From a virus, in IMG/VR virus record IMGVR_UViG_3300025005_000002, positions 32,001 to 96,000 of that record: DNA of 64,000 bases. One strand, given 5' to 3'. Below, in pieces: positions 1-10,051 of the stretch. The position numbers were made by a program, and so were the translations under genes. Below the pieces are notes generated by a model that saw only the letters and a program-made list of their open reading frames with translations, ran no database searches and was not told the origin of the DNA. Position 1 is the first letter of the stretch. Each line of letters starts with the position of its first letter.

Positions 1-75
1 GAAGAACCAGAACATCCACGTGGGCAAGGTGGTAAATTTACCAATAAACCTGATATATCGGTTAGATCACAACAT

Positions 76-1503
76 GTGAAGGATGAAGCCTTAAAGGATG
101 TGCCATTAAAGCTTACTAAACCATTACAAACTAAAATGTCCATACAAAAACATATGGCAAAGCGTGCTGGTGAACATAGAGATTTACGTATACAGGTTGG
201 AGATAAGGCAGTTAGTTGGGCTGTCCCAAAGGATTTACCTAAAGTGCCAGGTAAGCCTCGTCTAGCCATACAGCAACCAGTACATCAAGCAGATTATATG
301 GGGTATAGTGGAGATATAAAAAGTGGGTATGGCAAAGGGAAGATTGTTATTGATACGTGGGGATCGATAGATATATTGAAATGGACCCCTGATGAGAAGA
401 AGATTCATGTATTAGGTGGTAAAAAGAAGGGTGTTTATACACTAAAGCGTACCGATGGTAATAATTGGATGGTAATCAAACATAAAGAAGGGAAGAATAT
501 GACACACCATAAATTAGTTAAGATTACACGCAAATTGAAGAAGGTGATGTGGGATGATCCCAATATGGTTGCTGAGCTTAAACGCGATGGTGCTAGATAT
601 GCGTTAGAATTAGGCGAAGATGGGACTAAAGTTATTTCGGTACGTAAATCAGTATCTGGTAAGGTATTAGACAAGTCAGCCAACGTTCCCCAGATATCAC
701 ATGATTTAAAGAGTAAGGAATATGCTGGTACGGTATTGGACGCAGAGATTTTTCATGACAAGGGCCATAATAAACTTGGGGGTATCATGAATAGTCTCCC
801 AGATAAAGCACGGGAGACACAAAAACAAATTGGTAATGCTAAATATGAGGTATTTGACATATTAAAATATAAGGGTGTTGATGTGACCGATAAGCCCTAT
901 AGTGAACGTAGGGCACTTTTAGAGAAATTAAATAAAGAGATTGATCTGCCAATTACCCAAAAGTTTGAGACAAATAAATATGAAAAGTATAAAGAATTAA
1001 TTGCTAAAGGTGAAGAGGGAGTGGTTTTAAAGAATAAGAATAGTCCATATTATGCGGGTGATTGGGTAAAGGCTAAGAAGGATGAGACAGTTGAACGTGC
1101 CATTATAGGGTTTGAGAAGGTTGCAGATACTGCTAAAGCACACGGTGGCAAGGTGGGGGCTATTAAGGTTGCATCATATGAAGATGGTAAATGGGTGTAT
1201 GCAGGCAAAGTTACTAGTGGTCTTACAGATGAACTTAGAGACGATATGACAAAATTTCCAAATAGATATTTAGGTAAGATTATAGAAATAAAAGGGATGG
1301 GTGTATATCCGGGCACCTCTAAGATGAGGCAACCCACATTAAGTGGGTTAATAAAGGCTACTGCAGCAGATAAATATAAGTATGAAGTGAATGAGAAACA
1401 CCCAAATAACCAGAAATTTGTCAGAGAGAGGTGGGATAGGATACAGAGTGATATGAAAGCCGGGAAATCTAAATCTGATAAATTGTTTAAGCCTGTGAAG
1501 TAA
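76..1503 (+). CDS. LigD-type 3'-phosphoesterase domain fused to ATP-dependent DNA ligase
   Basis: N-terminal KHMAKRAGEHRDLR..SWAVPKDLP..RLAI..H..Y..GYGKG matches the LigD PE domain; ligase motifs ELKRDG (KxDG), LDAEIF, YEVFDIL, EEGVVLK, WVKAKK. The true start may be the ATG at 136. Confidence 0.9.
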   Translation: MKDEALKDVPLKLTKPLQTKMSIQKHMAKRAGEHRDLRIQVGDKAVSWAVPKDLPKVPGKPRLAIQQPVHQADYMGYSGDIKSGYGKGKIVIDTWGSIDILKWTPDEKKIHVLGGKKKGVYTLKRTDGNNWMVIKHKEGKNMTHHKLVKITRKLKKVMWDDPNMVAELKRDGARYALELGEDGTKVISVRKSVSGKVLDKSANVPQISHDLKSKEYAGTVLDAEIFHDKGHNKLGGIMNSLPDKARETQKQIGNAKYEVFDILKYKGVDVTDKPYSERRALLEKLNKEIDLPITQKFETNKYEKYKELIAKGEEGVVLKNKNSPYYAGDWVKAKKDETVERAIIGFEKVADTAKAHGGKVGAIKVASYEDGKWVYAGKVTSGLTDELRDDMTKFPNRYLGKIIEIKGMGVYPGTSKMRQPTLSGLIKATAADKYKYEVNEKHPNNQKFVRERWDRIQSDMKAGKSKSDKLFKPVK

Positions 1504-1726
1504 TACTAGTTTATATTAAAACATTTATTTAGGAGTATCCAATGACATTTGGTGTATTTAGGTTAATGTGTAAGATATATGAGAGTGCCAGTTCTTGTGA
1601 CTTTCCGACTATTGCTGGGCCTATTCCTATGAATAAAAGGCCTATTAGGGGTGCTAGAGAGGTTCTGAATCAAAGGAAGAGGGTAAGAAGGCTCAAAAAA
1701 ATTAGTTTAAAAATAGGGAATTAAAT

Positions 1727-2479
1727 ATGACCCAATATCCTGGTGAGAAATATGGTAAACATAAAACGTCTTTAAAACGAGTACAATCTATAATCAATAA
1801 GTCATATAAAGATATGGGTGGGAAAGGTATAACCCCTCGTGCGCGTACAACTACACAATTGCCTTCGTATGCTGGTGGTATGTATAATCCGGCTACAAAT
1901 AAGATATTGTTCCATGGAACGAAAGATAAAAAGGATATTGATATTGATAAACACATGAAAAATTTTGACACCAGATTTAAAGACAAAACAATAAAAGATA
2001 CATTAAAAGGTTTAGGCCGTAGGGTAAAAGTTGCTATGAATACAAATACTTCAAGAATGGGGACACCAAAAACTAGATTACATCATATATATCATGAAAC
2101 TGGGCATGCTGTAGACTCAAGTACAGGGATACAGAAAATATTTAATGCGCATAGGTTTGTGGCACCACTTGTTGGAGTTCCCGTAGGTATTAAGAAAGCC
2201 TCTAATAAAGAAGACAAACATGGAGTCGCTAAAGGAGCTGCTATTGCTGGGGCGTCTACAAGTGGTACATTCGTACAAGAAATATCCCCAGAGGTTAGAA
2301 TGTATAAGATGTTAAGAAAAAAGGGGATTGCACGTAAGAAGGTATTGTCATTTATGGCCCCTAATATGGCAGAAAATCTAGGGGTTAGGGCAATAAAGCC
2401 ATTATTAGTTGCAGGTGGTGTCTCTGCTATTGGTAAATACTATAAAAATAGGCCAAAGAAAATAGGCCAAAGAAAATAG
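1727..2479 (+). CDS. Basic hypothetical protein with HExxH (zincin-like) motif
   Basis: Lys-rich ORF containing YHETGH and Gly/Ala-rich hydrophobic segments. Confidence 0.6.
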   Translation: MTQYPGEKYGKHKTSLKRVQSIINKSYKDMGGKGITPRARTTTQLPSYAGGMYNPATNKILFHGTKDKKDIDIDKHMKNFDTRFKDKTIKDTLKGLGRRVKVAMNTNTSRMGTPKTRLHHIYHETGHAVDSSTGIQKIFNAHRFVAPLVGVPVGIKKASNKEDKHGVAKGAAIAGASTSGTFVQEISPEVRMYKMLRKKGIARKKVLSFMAPNMAENLGVRAIKPLLVAGGVSAIGKYYKNRPKKIGQRK

Positions 2480-2489
2480 GGGATTAAAC

Positions 2490-2924
2490 ATGGCTAATGA
2501 AATCGCAAAAGTAGAAGTTGTGGCTTCAGATTTACCAGACTCAATTTTGAGAAGTGAAAAGTTAATTGAAAGACATAATATGTTACATAATATTTGTGAT
2601 TACACTGATGAATTAAAAAATTACACTGTTCCTGAAAAAGACAATTCGGGGTCGTTAGTTGGTTCGCCAATTTCTGTTAAAGAATCAGTTCTAGATAAAA
2701 TAATTCGTGAGCATAAAAATGCCCATGATGATGTGTCAGTTTATCCAGAGGCTGCAGATTCTTTTTATACAGGAGATCTTGATAATACCCTTGAGACTAT
2801 GGATAGGGCAGTATTTAAAATTGCTAAGGCCCAGGCACGTAGGGCCGAAAATGATAGATGTGATGAAGCAAAGAATGACAATTTGCTTAATAAATTGATT
2901 GGTGCATTCAAAGGAGAGGGATAA
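2490..2924 (+). CDS. Acidic hypothetical protein
   Basis: 144-aa ORF with upstream GGGA; stop overlaps next start. Confidence 0.6.
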   Translation: MANEIAKVEVVASDLPDSILRSEKLIERHNMLHNICDYTDELKNYTVPEKDNSGSLVGSPISVKESVLDKIIREHKNAHDDVSVYPEAADSFYTGDLDNTLETMDRAVFKIAKAQARRAENDRCDEAKNDNLLNKLIGAFKGEG

Positions 2925-3250
2925 TGCCATTTCGTAGTAAGGCCCAGCAACGTTTTATGTTCGCGGTCCATTCAGGCATAGCTAAAAGATGGGCAGATGA
3001 GACACCCAATATAAAGAGTTTGCCTAAAAAGGTTAAGAAAAAGAAACTTTCTGAGGGTGTATTTTCTAAATTGGCAGAGAGCATGACTAAGTTTAAGGTA
3101 TTAACAGAGGTATTTCAAGCTAGGGTAAACCCTGCTGTTCAGAGATTACGTAGATTCAGACAAACTAGGCAACATAATTTCGCTAGAAAAGGGCTTAGTG
3201 CACAGGGACGTGATTTAAGAAGCGCATTGAGAAAAAAGATATCAACATAA
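2924..3250 (+). CDS. Basic phage hypothetical protein (MPFRSKAQ..RW motif)
   Basis: N-terminus MPFRSKAQQRFMFA..AKRWADET resembles a recurrent small phage protein motif; RBS GGAGAGGG. Confidence 0.65.
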   Translation: MPFRSKAQQRFMFAVHSGIAKRWADETPNIKSLPKKVKKKKLSEGVFSKLAESMTKFKVLTEVFQARVNPAVQRLRRFRQTRQHNFARKGLSAQGRDLRSALRKKIST

Positions 3251-3299
3251 ACGCGTGGACATTAGGAGTATTAGAAAGGAAATACGGGATAATTAATAA

Positions 3300-3560
3300 A
3301 TGACTATTCGTATAACAAGGGAACAATATGTAAAGGATCTTGCTAAGATCATTAAGTCTGATCCATTGGAAATTGATCCGGTTGAATATTGTGAATATAA
3401 GAGATTAATGAAATATAAGTTTATGGTTTATGTACCAGAAGGATACAAAGGGATAGAAAATATAGTTACTTTGGATGAAATCTTTGATCAGATGATAGCA
3501 ATTACTCCTCAATTTACAAGAGCCGATGTCTCTGAGGCTGTACAAAGGATTATAATCTAG
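3300..3560 (+). CDS. Hypothetical protein
   Basis: 86-aa ORF in co-oriented gene run. Confidence 0.5.
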   Translation: MTIRITREQYVKDLAKIIKSDPLEIDPVEYCEYKRLMKYKFMVYVPEGYKGIENIVTLDEIFDQMIAITPQFTRADVSEAVQRIII

Positions 3561-3568
3561 GAGGGGAT

Positions 3569-4036
3569 ATGACAAGTACTAATATCACAAACTCGACAAA
3601 TAATTCAAGTATCTATTTGCCTATTTCACAACAAATTTATGGTGGGATTCTCAATAATTCTTGGCCAGCAAATACATCAACATGGACCCAGTCTAATCTA
3701 ATTTTTGATGAAAATGGGTCTAAAATAGTATCCCAAATAAGTAAAATGCAAATGTTTATCATGAAATATGAAGCTTTGATAAATGGTGTTATATATAAAG
3801 AGCTTGTCGAAAAATTAAATGCTTTATTATGCAAACTAAATTGTGTGTGGGGGTTTAGTAGCTTTGTAGGTTATTCTAGTATTCCTTGGACCACTACAAC
3901 TACTACAACTACTTCAATTCAACCATCAACTTATATATACCAATCGAATAATCAATATATTATTGATGGTAGTTCTTGGGCAATATTGAATAATTCAACC
4001 ACTGCTCCTATTGCAAGCATAACATATTCATATTGA
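3569..4036 (+). CDS. Ser/Thr/Asn-rich hypothetical protein
   Basis: RBS GGAGGGG; poly-Thr tract. Confidence 0.55.
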   Translation: MTSTNITNSTNNSSIYLPISQQIYGGILNNSWPANTSTWTQSNLIFDENGSKIVSQISKMQMFIMKYEALINGVIYKELVEKLNALLCKLNCVWGFSSFVGYSSIPWTTTTTTTTSIQPSTYIYQSNNQYIIDGSSWAILNNSTTAPIASITYSY

Positions 4037-4065
4037 TTGTTCTAAAATTATTTGGGGGATAAATA

Positions 4066-4671
4066 ATGGATATATTGCGTATATTAATAGAAGCTAAACC
4101 AATTAAGCCAAAGTCTGATTTTAAGACTCCTGCTAAAGTTGTTGGTAAAAATGTATTACATGATGCTATAGCTGGTGGTTTGTTTGGTGCATCACTCATG
4201 GGATATCGAAATAGAGCGAAAATGCTTGGTAAGGGGGCCCTTATTGGAGCTGGTGTAGGTGCAGCTTCTGGGTTGGGTGAAGGTCTATTAAAATATAAAA
4301 TCCTTAAAAATAAATCTGAGACTGGTATTAAAAAGACTGTAAGTAGACCAGCATATAAGGGTTTAAATGTTGGGTTAACTAGTGGATATCATACAGCCAT
4401 AAATGCTGGTGTTAATAGAGTTTTAGGCGAAAAGATGGGCTTGAAGGGTACAGCTGCTGCAGCAGCTATTGGTGCCATAGAAGACATAGCTAGTACAGCT
4501 AATGAAGCAAAAGTTTATGGGCCAGATGCACCTGATGTTGTGGGTGCCTCTAAATTGTTCACTAAACATTCATTAAAAACTGGTATGTTTTCCAAAAAGA
4601 AATATAAATATGGGGGACTGGGACCTGCCATATCATCGAAAAAGAGTAGGAAAACAAATAAAACAGTATGA
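4066..4671 (+). CDS. Basic Gly/Ala-rich protein, candidate virion-internal protein
   Basis: Begins MDILRILIE; Lys-rich with GxxxG glycine-zipper stretches. Confidence 0.6.
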   Translation: MDILRILIEAKPIKPKSDFKTPAKVVGKNVLHDAIAGGLFGASLMGYRNRAKMLGKGALIGAGVGAASGLGEGLLKYKILKNKSETGIKKTVSRPAYKGLNVGLTSGYHTAINAGVNRVLGEKMGLKGTAAAAAIGAIEDIASTANEAKVYGPDAPDVVGASKLFTKHSLKTGMFSKKKYKYGGLGPAISSKKSRKTNKTV

Positions 4672-4922
4672 TAAAAGTATGGTATGCTGGTAATACAGAG
4701 GCTGGTAAAGAAAGACTATTTAACAAGATAAACGCTGGGCTTAAGGATATACTTAATAAAGATTCAAAGGAGTCACTCCATAATAAGGGAGCAAAAGACA
4801 TAGCAACAACAATGATGAGTAAGAAGGTTGGTAAAAACCTATATGTATCACCAAGTGGACGTAAATATAGGAGGGTATCATTAAATGGCCAAAAAGCCAG
4901 CAAAGGTAAGTTACAGTACTAA
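4668..4922 (+). CDS. Basic hypothetical protein
   Basis: ATGA overlap with upstream stop. Confidence 0.5.
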   Translation: MIKVWYAGNTEAGKERLFNKINAGLKDILNKDSKESLHNKGAKDIATTMMSKKVGKNLYVSPSGRKYRRVSLNGQKASKGKLQY

Positions 4923-5057
4923 GAGTAAGACTCAAAAAAAGAAGACTAAAATATGTTTTGTATGCCAAGGTATAATGGAATGGGCTAAATTGGTAGGTAG
5001 GGGTGGTAATGGGATGGCATTTGTTTGTAATAAATGTGGCCAAATAGAGGGATAGCC

Positions 5058-5477
5058 ATGGACGTTATGAGATATTTATTAATAGAATCAGCAGTACCAG
5101 CAATAGTAAAAGAACAGAAACCTAAACCTGTGAAAAGTGATTCCATAACTAAAACTATGGCTGGTATGGGTACTGGGCTCGCTGCTACAACTGAGCGTTT
5201 TGGTGTTGGTAAGTCAATAAATGCATTACATAAAAGTACTAAGGCCAAAGTGTTACCCAAGTTAATAAGTAAACTTGGTAGACTGGGTAAGACCGGTGTT
5301 GGTAAAGCTATTGCTAAGGGTGGAGCTTGGACCGCAGGTGCAGGATTGGCTTATGGATTAGCGGATTCACTTGTATTTGGTGCTGGAAATACCGTTGGAC
5401 GTGGGTTAGCTGGTGCTGGAGAAAAAATTAAGGGTATGTTTAAAAAGAAACCAAAGGTTGGGATACCAAATGTATAG
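5058..5477 (+). CDS. Basic Gly/Ala-rich protein, candidate virion-internal protein
   Basis: RBS GAGGGA before ATG 5058; begins MDVMRYLLIE; KPKPVKSD resembles KPIKPKSD of 4066..4671. Confidence 0.6.
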   Translation: MDVMRYLLIESAVPAIVKEQKPKPVKSDSITKTMAGMGTGLAATTERFGVGKSINALHKSTKAKVLPKLISKLGRLGKTGVGKAIAKGGAWTAGAGLAYGLADSLVFGAGNTVGRGLAGAGEKIKGMFKKKPKVGIPNV

Positions 5478-5742
5478 TTTTTTTGAATTATTGTTGGAGG
5501 AACTTGTTTTTGGGCGTAAAAAAGCACCCAAGGCTAGGTTAATGGCTATGCCAAAAAGGACTGCCAGATCTACTTGGCGTGTAATGAGTATTAAGCAAAG
5601 GCGTAAGAAACTTATATCTAAAAAGTTATCAATGATAGGCAATAGAAAATTAATTAATGATACAAATAGAACACGTAGTGTGTGGGACCCTAAAGGATAT
5701 GCAGAGCAAAAATATTATGACAATGTGTACAAGACATTATGA
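5470..5742 (+). CDS. Arg/Lys-rich hypothetical protein
   Basis: Likely start ATG 5470, MYSFFELLLEE. Confidence 0.5.
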   Translation: MYSFFELLLEELVFGRKKAPKARLMAMPKRTARSTWRVMSIKQRRKKLISKKLSMIGNRKLINDTNRTRSVWDPKGYAEQKYYDNVYKTL

Positions 5743-6149
5743 GTAAAAATATAATTACTATAGAGGTAGACTCAGACACCAAGGTAATAATAATAAAGTG
5801 TGATGGTAAAGAGTATGTATTTGAATCAGTGGCATTATTTGCAGGTGACGCAGAACATAAAGAAATTTTTATTAAGATGTTTGGTGCATCAGCTGATGCT
5901 GCTTGGGCATATGCTCAGGGGTATAGAATGGCACAAGACAAACCAGGTACAGCATTTAATAGTTTTTATAAACAATGTGCAGCGCATATATGTCAGATGA
6001 TAGATCCCAATGCATTCAAAAATGAAGTTGGAGCAGATGAGATAATTAATAAATGGGAATGTCCCGATCAAACTAAGTGGGCTGGGTGGGATACTGAGGA
6101 TGTACTTATTGATAAACAAAAATCTGAAGCAAAAAAGAAATGGAATTAA
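5739..6149 (+). CDS. Hypothetical protein
   Basis: 136-aa ORF, ATGA-coupled. Confidence 0.6.
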   Translation: MSKNIITIEVDSDTKVIIIKCDGKEYVFESVALFAGDAEHKEIFIKMFGASADAAWAYAQGYRMAQDKPGTAFNSFYKQCAAHICQMIDPNAFKNEVGADEIINKWECPDQTKWAGWDTEDVLIDKQKSEAKKKWN

Positions 6150-6159
6150 GGAGTATAAT

Positions 6160-6684
6160 ATGGATCTTATGGAGGCTTTATTAAGTTCAAAAAAATATTA
6201 TAAAACGGATCGTAATTATGTATTTACAATTCAAAAACCTTCTACAACTAAGGCTGCAGTACTAGGTGGTGTACTGGGTGGTGTCAAAGGTGCATTTACT
6301 GGACTTGGTGGTGCACATCTTGGTAAGTGGGGTGGGAAGAAGTTAACTGATAAAGCTGGTACGATTGTTGGCACTAGTACTAAGAAAAGAGTGTTAGAAT
6401 TAGCCGGTAAAGCAGTTTCTAAGTTTGGTGGGTTTGCAGCTAATAAAACTGGTAAAATGGCTGTTGTTGGGGCTGCTGCTGGAGCTGGTATCCCATTGGG
6501 TGCTGTAATTGGGCATGCAATGGCGAAAAGGAAACTTAAGTATGCTGATCCTTATGTGCAGGGTATACTTGATAAGGTAAAGGGTCAAGAGATTAAGAGA
6601 AAGCAATATAAGAATTTACTGAAGGGGCAACAGGCAATCGCAGTTTCTGCTCATAGGCTTTATCCAACTTCTAGAGGAAAATAA
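6160..6684 (+). CDS. Basic glycine-zipper protein, candidate virion-internal protein
   Basis: RBS AGGAG before ATG 6160; MDLMEALL start; AVLGGVLGGVKGA and VGAAAGAG segments. Confidence 0.6.
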   Translation: MDLMEALLSSKKYYKTDRNYVFTIQKPSTTKAAVLGGVLGGVKGAFTGLGGAHLGKWGGKKLTDKAGTIVGTSTKKRVLELAGKAVSKFGGFAANKTGKMAVVGAAAGAGIPLGAVIGHAMAKRKLKYADPYVQGILDKVKGQEIKRKQYKNLLKGQQAIAVSAHRLYPTSRGK

Positions 6685-6789
6685 AGTGGCTAAAAAGAGG
6701 GCAGTAAAGAAGAAGAACCCCAATAAAAGAGATCCAATGTTGCCTGAACGTGTGCAAAAGAAAAAAGGTAAAAAGAAAGGCAAGTAATT

Positions 6790-7056
6790 ATGGGTACTCA
6801 GAAAGAAAAGAAACGTGGTGCAATTGGATTGGGTGCGATGTCTGCATTACTTGGGGTCACATCTAAGGGTGCACATAATTATGCAAAAAAGACACTAGCA
6901 TCAGAAATCCCACATTTAAAGAATATGAGCAGAGTACCTTTAGTTGTAAAGGATACCAAGCTTGTTAGGAATATACTTGGTACTGGTGCTGTTGGTGCTG
7001 GGTTGGGTTCGGCAATATTGGCTACCAAATATTTTAAAAATAAGAAAAGGGTATAA
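6790..7056 (+). CDS. Small basic protein with two Gly-rich hydrophobic segments
   Basis: GAIGLGAMSALLG and LGTGAVGAGLG. Confidence 0.5.
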   Translation: MGTQKEKKRGAIGLGAMSALLGVTSKGAHNYAKKTLASEIPHLKNMSRVPLVVKDTKLVRNILGTGAVGAGLGSAILATKYFKNKKRV

Positions 7057-7057
7057 A

Positions 7058-7573
7058 ATGAAGGTAACTGATAAATTACTCGCCATTATCAAAGACAATG
7101 CGGCAGCTTGGATACTACCGGGACACTTTGTTTATTCTTTTGATAAATCAGTTCCCGTTGATCCAGTTAGATTTTTAGCTGCCATATCATTATGCGAATC
7201 AAGTGGTGGGATACATCGTGTGCCCAGGTTTGAAAGAGGATATGCACCAGGTGGGAGATATTATAATCAAAATTTGTATAATAAATGGGGAGCTTGGGCT
7301 TGTTGTAGTTATTCCTCATTTCAAATAATGTTCGCTACAGCAGTAGAGTTGGGATATGATTCAAACCCTGTTGAACTTTATCTTAAAGATGAAGTTGCCA
7401 TTATTTGGGTTAAAAAATATTTTGAAAAAAGATGTTTCAATAAGACAAGCAAGTTTATAACCTTAAATAATGCGGCGGATGCCTATAACAGTGGATCATT
7501 TTTAGACAATAACATCCCCCAACAATATATAACTCATCTATATACTTACTATAATGAGGTAGAAATTGCGTAA
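7058..7573 (+). CDS. Lysozyme-like / lytic transglycosylase (SLT-fold) protein
   Basis: AISLCESS (catalytic Glu), SSFQIM and AYNSG correspond to SLT motifs I-III; likely start ATG 7058. Confidence 0.75.
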   Translation: MKVTDKLLAIIKDNAAAWILPGHFVYSFDKSVPVDPVRFLAAISLCESSGGIHRVPRFERGYAPGGRYYNQNLYNKWGAWACCSYSSFQIMFATAVELGYDSNPVELYLKDEVAIIWVKKYFEKRCFNKTSKFITLNNAADAYNSGSFLDNNIPQQYITHLYTYYNEVEIA

Positions 7574-7608
7574 ATGCAATTTATGTAAATGCAAAGGGGT
7601 ATAATATA

Positions 7609-8763
7609 ATGGCCCATAATTTTAATCGTACTCCATCAAAAGAAGAAAAAGATATAATTACTAAAGACTTAATAAGACATGAGCGTAGACGTTATATTGG
7701 AAATGCTGCCAAATTAGGCGTTGGTTCTGGTACACTTATGTATGCTGGATGGGGCAAAGATCCAGTCAAGAGTTTGACTGAAAAAAAGATAAAAAAGAGT
7801 GAACAAGCCATACATATGGTTCGTAAAGACTGGCATAAACCATTAAAGGATATCATTAATAGATATCGTGGTGAGAGAAATTATCATAGAGGGAATAAAC
7901 CAGTAGTAGATACATGGGGAATACCAAAACATAGTTTAAAGGTATTACCAGGCCCAGTTGGTACTGAGCCAGTCCCGTCACATACGCTTATTATCAAGAA
8001 AAAACCAGAAGATTTTGATAGATTTGTAAAGGGTGTAAAAGACGCCAGAAACAAAATGGAAAATGGAAAAATTAAAGTTATGAAGATACAATTAAATAAC
8101 ATTAAAAGTCAATTAAATAGACCAAATAGACCAAATTTAATTAGAGATGCTGCGAGAATGCGATCAAAAGTATATGGGGGTATTGGTGCAGCATTAACTC
8201 CTGTAGCTGGGTATGCTGCATATAAATATCATAAAGCAGCACAGAAAAAATTAAATGAAAGCGTACTTCAGGGTGGTAAATATTATTATAAAAATAATAG
8301 TGGACATACATATAAAATTCATCAACGTAATCCTATAATAGCTGGGGCTACTGGTGCAGCAATGGTTGGTGGTGGTGGAGTAGCTGCCAGAGAAGGCATT
8401 AAAAATGCCGCCAAGAAAAGCCATAAAATAGCATCTGTAAAGGATTATTTATTAAAACCATTGTCGGCTAAGAATATCGCAATAGCAGCAGTGGCAACTG
8501 GCACTGCTGCAGCAGGCAAACATTTATATAGAAATGTACAAAATAAAAAATATCTTCCCATGTATTTAGGTGGTATGAAGGATATAACTAAAAAAGAGTA
8601 TAAAAAGAATAAGACAATTAATCCTATTGATATCTATACTCCTGGTAGCACTATTCATGAGAGATTAAAAACTCCACTAGGTAAGAGTTTGGAAGATAAA
8701 CTGCCATGGGGGTTCTATAAAATGGTGGTAGAGCCTATGGTTGCGAAAGGGAAAAAGAAATGA
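7609..8763 (+). CDS. Large basic Gly/Ala-rich protein
   Basis: 384 aa; the C-terminal half after LNES resembles 6160..6684. Confidence 0.65.
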   Translation: MAHNFNRTPSKEEKDIITKDLIRHERRRYIGNAAKLGVGSGTLMYAGWGKDPVKSLTEKKIKKSEQAIHMVRKDWHKPLKDIINRYRGERNYHRGNKPVVDTWGIPKHSLKVLPGPVGTEPVPSHTLIIKKKPEDFDRFVKGVKDARNKMENGKIKVMKIQLNNIKSQLNRPNRPNLIRDAARMRSKVYGGIGAALTPVAGYAAYKYHKAAQKKLNESVLQGGKYYYKNNSGHTYKIHQRNPIIAGATGAAMVGGGGVAAREGIKNAAKKSHKIASVKDYLLKPLSAKNIAIAAVATGTAAAGKHLYRNVQNKKYLPMYLGGMKDITKKEYKKNKTINPIDIYTPGSTIHERLKTPLGKSLEDKLPWGFYKMVVEPMVAKGKKK

Positions 8764-9065
8764 TAGGCCAGATATTATTTTATAATAAGTTAATAGAAGT
8801 TAGTCCAGAATATGTCGTTAATACAGTTATGAATTCTAAGAAAAAATTTAGCCCTGAGGCTATTGCAAGAACTACCAAAATATTATATCAAATGGGGCTT
8901 AATACAGCTAAAAAGAAAGGTGTTAAAGCTGGCGTTAATAAGGAGATAAATGCAGTAGTACATGCATCAAGACATCCCAAAGCGGTAAAAGCTCTTAAAG
9001 CTGTACAATTTGGTGGGCCAGAAGGAGCTACTTATCCTTATCCTTGGCATGTGTGGATGAGATGA
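8760..9065 (+). CDS. Basic hypothetical protein
   Basis: LIEVSPEYV shared with LEEISPGYV in 10041..10343. Confidence 0.55.
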   Translation: MIGQILFYNKLIEVSPEYVVNTVMNSKKKFSPEAIARTTKILYQMGLNTAKKKGVKAGVNKEINAVVHASRHPKAVKALKAVQFGGPEGATYPYPWHVWMR

Positions 9066-9111
9066 TGAAAATTTGTCCATTAAATATTTGGAGAAGTCAT
9101 AGGAGTATAAT

Positions 9112-9345
9112 ATGAATGTTATGAAATATTTATTAGAGTCTGCTGGATTTGCAGGCAGGGTTGTAGGAAAAGCAGGCAAAATTATTAAAGAGATGGATGG
9201 ACAATCTAAAACGCTTAGGTATATTCCATCGGGGCAGTTTACTCCACTCATACTTAAAAAATTACGTGTTGAGGGTGATGCTATTAAACACTATGGAAAA
9301 AGAGGTAAATTGGGCAAATTTTTGGTAGGCAAATTTAATGTTTAA
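9112..9345 (+). CDS. Small basic hypothetical protein
   Basis: RBS AGGAG; begins MNVMKYLLE. Confidence 0.55.
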   Translation: MNVMKYLLESAGFAGRVVGKAGKIIKEMDGQSKTLRYIPSGQFTPLILKKLRVEGDAIKHYGKRGKLGKFLVGKFNV

Positions 9346-10051
9346 TTATGTCACTTGGCTTTTAGAAAACAAACTCAATCGTATGATTGAATTAGGTAAG
9401 TTAAGCAAGAGAAGTATAGTTAGAGCAGGTAAGGCTAGTATGTTTAAGTCATATAGAACATGGAAAACAGGGTTTGACAGGGGCACCAAGAATATAATAA
9501 AAAATAAAGGATATGAAATTAAAAAACGACTAGTGCATCCAATGTTTAGTAATACGAATGCTATGAATAAAACTGTTAATATGGCTGATCCTAGAACAAT
9601 TAAAGTGAATACACGTGGTATGGCATCATTAATAGCAAGGCATGAAGCAGATGAGGTCAAGGCAATATCACATTTATTACCCACCAAAAATAAAGCGCGA
9701 TTGTTTGCGATTGGTGGTATGGATGCACCGATTAATAGATCATATTTATATAAAGGACATGCAAGTCCTACAGTATTACAATCAGAAAAAAGGTACACCA
9801 ATTTTTCTAGTAGTGTATATGGTAAAAAATCTGGAGGGCATGTTATACAGAACAACAGGGATATACTTGGGGCATATAAAGATTTGGGTAATAAAAGTGA
9901 TATTAAAAAATTTTTAGTTCAACAACATAATGATATTAATAAGGCAATTAATGTTGGTACCAATATACCGAAGAATAAAAAATTAATATTAATGAAGAAG
10001 ATTAATAAATCTATAAAATATAAAGAAAGATTTTCGAAATTTGATGGGTGA
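9338..10051 (+). CDS. Basic hypothetical protein
   Basis: Begins MFNYVTWLLE; contains RHEADE..GHASP. Confidence 0.6.
   Translation: MFNYVTWLLENKLNRMIELGKLSKRSIVRAGKASMFKSYRTWKTGFDRGTKNIIKNKGYEIKKRLVHPMFSNTNAMNKTVNMADPRTIKVNTRGMASLIARHEADEVKAISHLLPTKNKARLFAIGGMDAPINRSYLYKGHASPTVLQSEKRYTNFSSSVYGKKSGGHVIQNNRDILGAYKDLGNKSDIKKFLVQQHNDINKAINVGTNIPKNKKLILMKKINKSIKYKERFSKFDG

Noticed and set aside
1542-1724. 60-aa ORF as a confident gene
   Set aside because: It has a plausible RBS but no motif or paralog support, so it was left uncalled.
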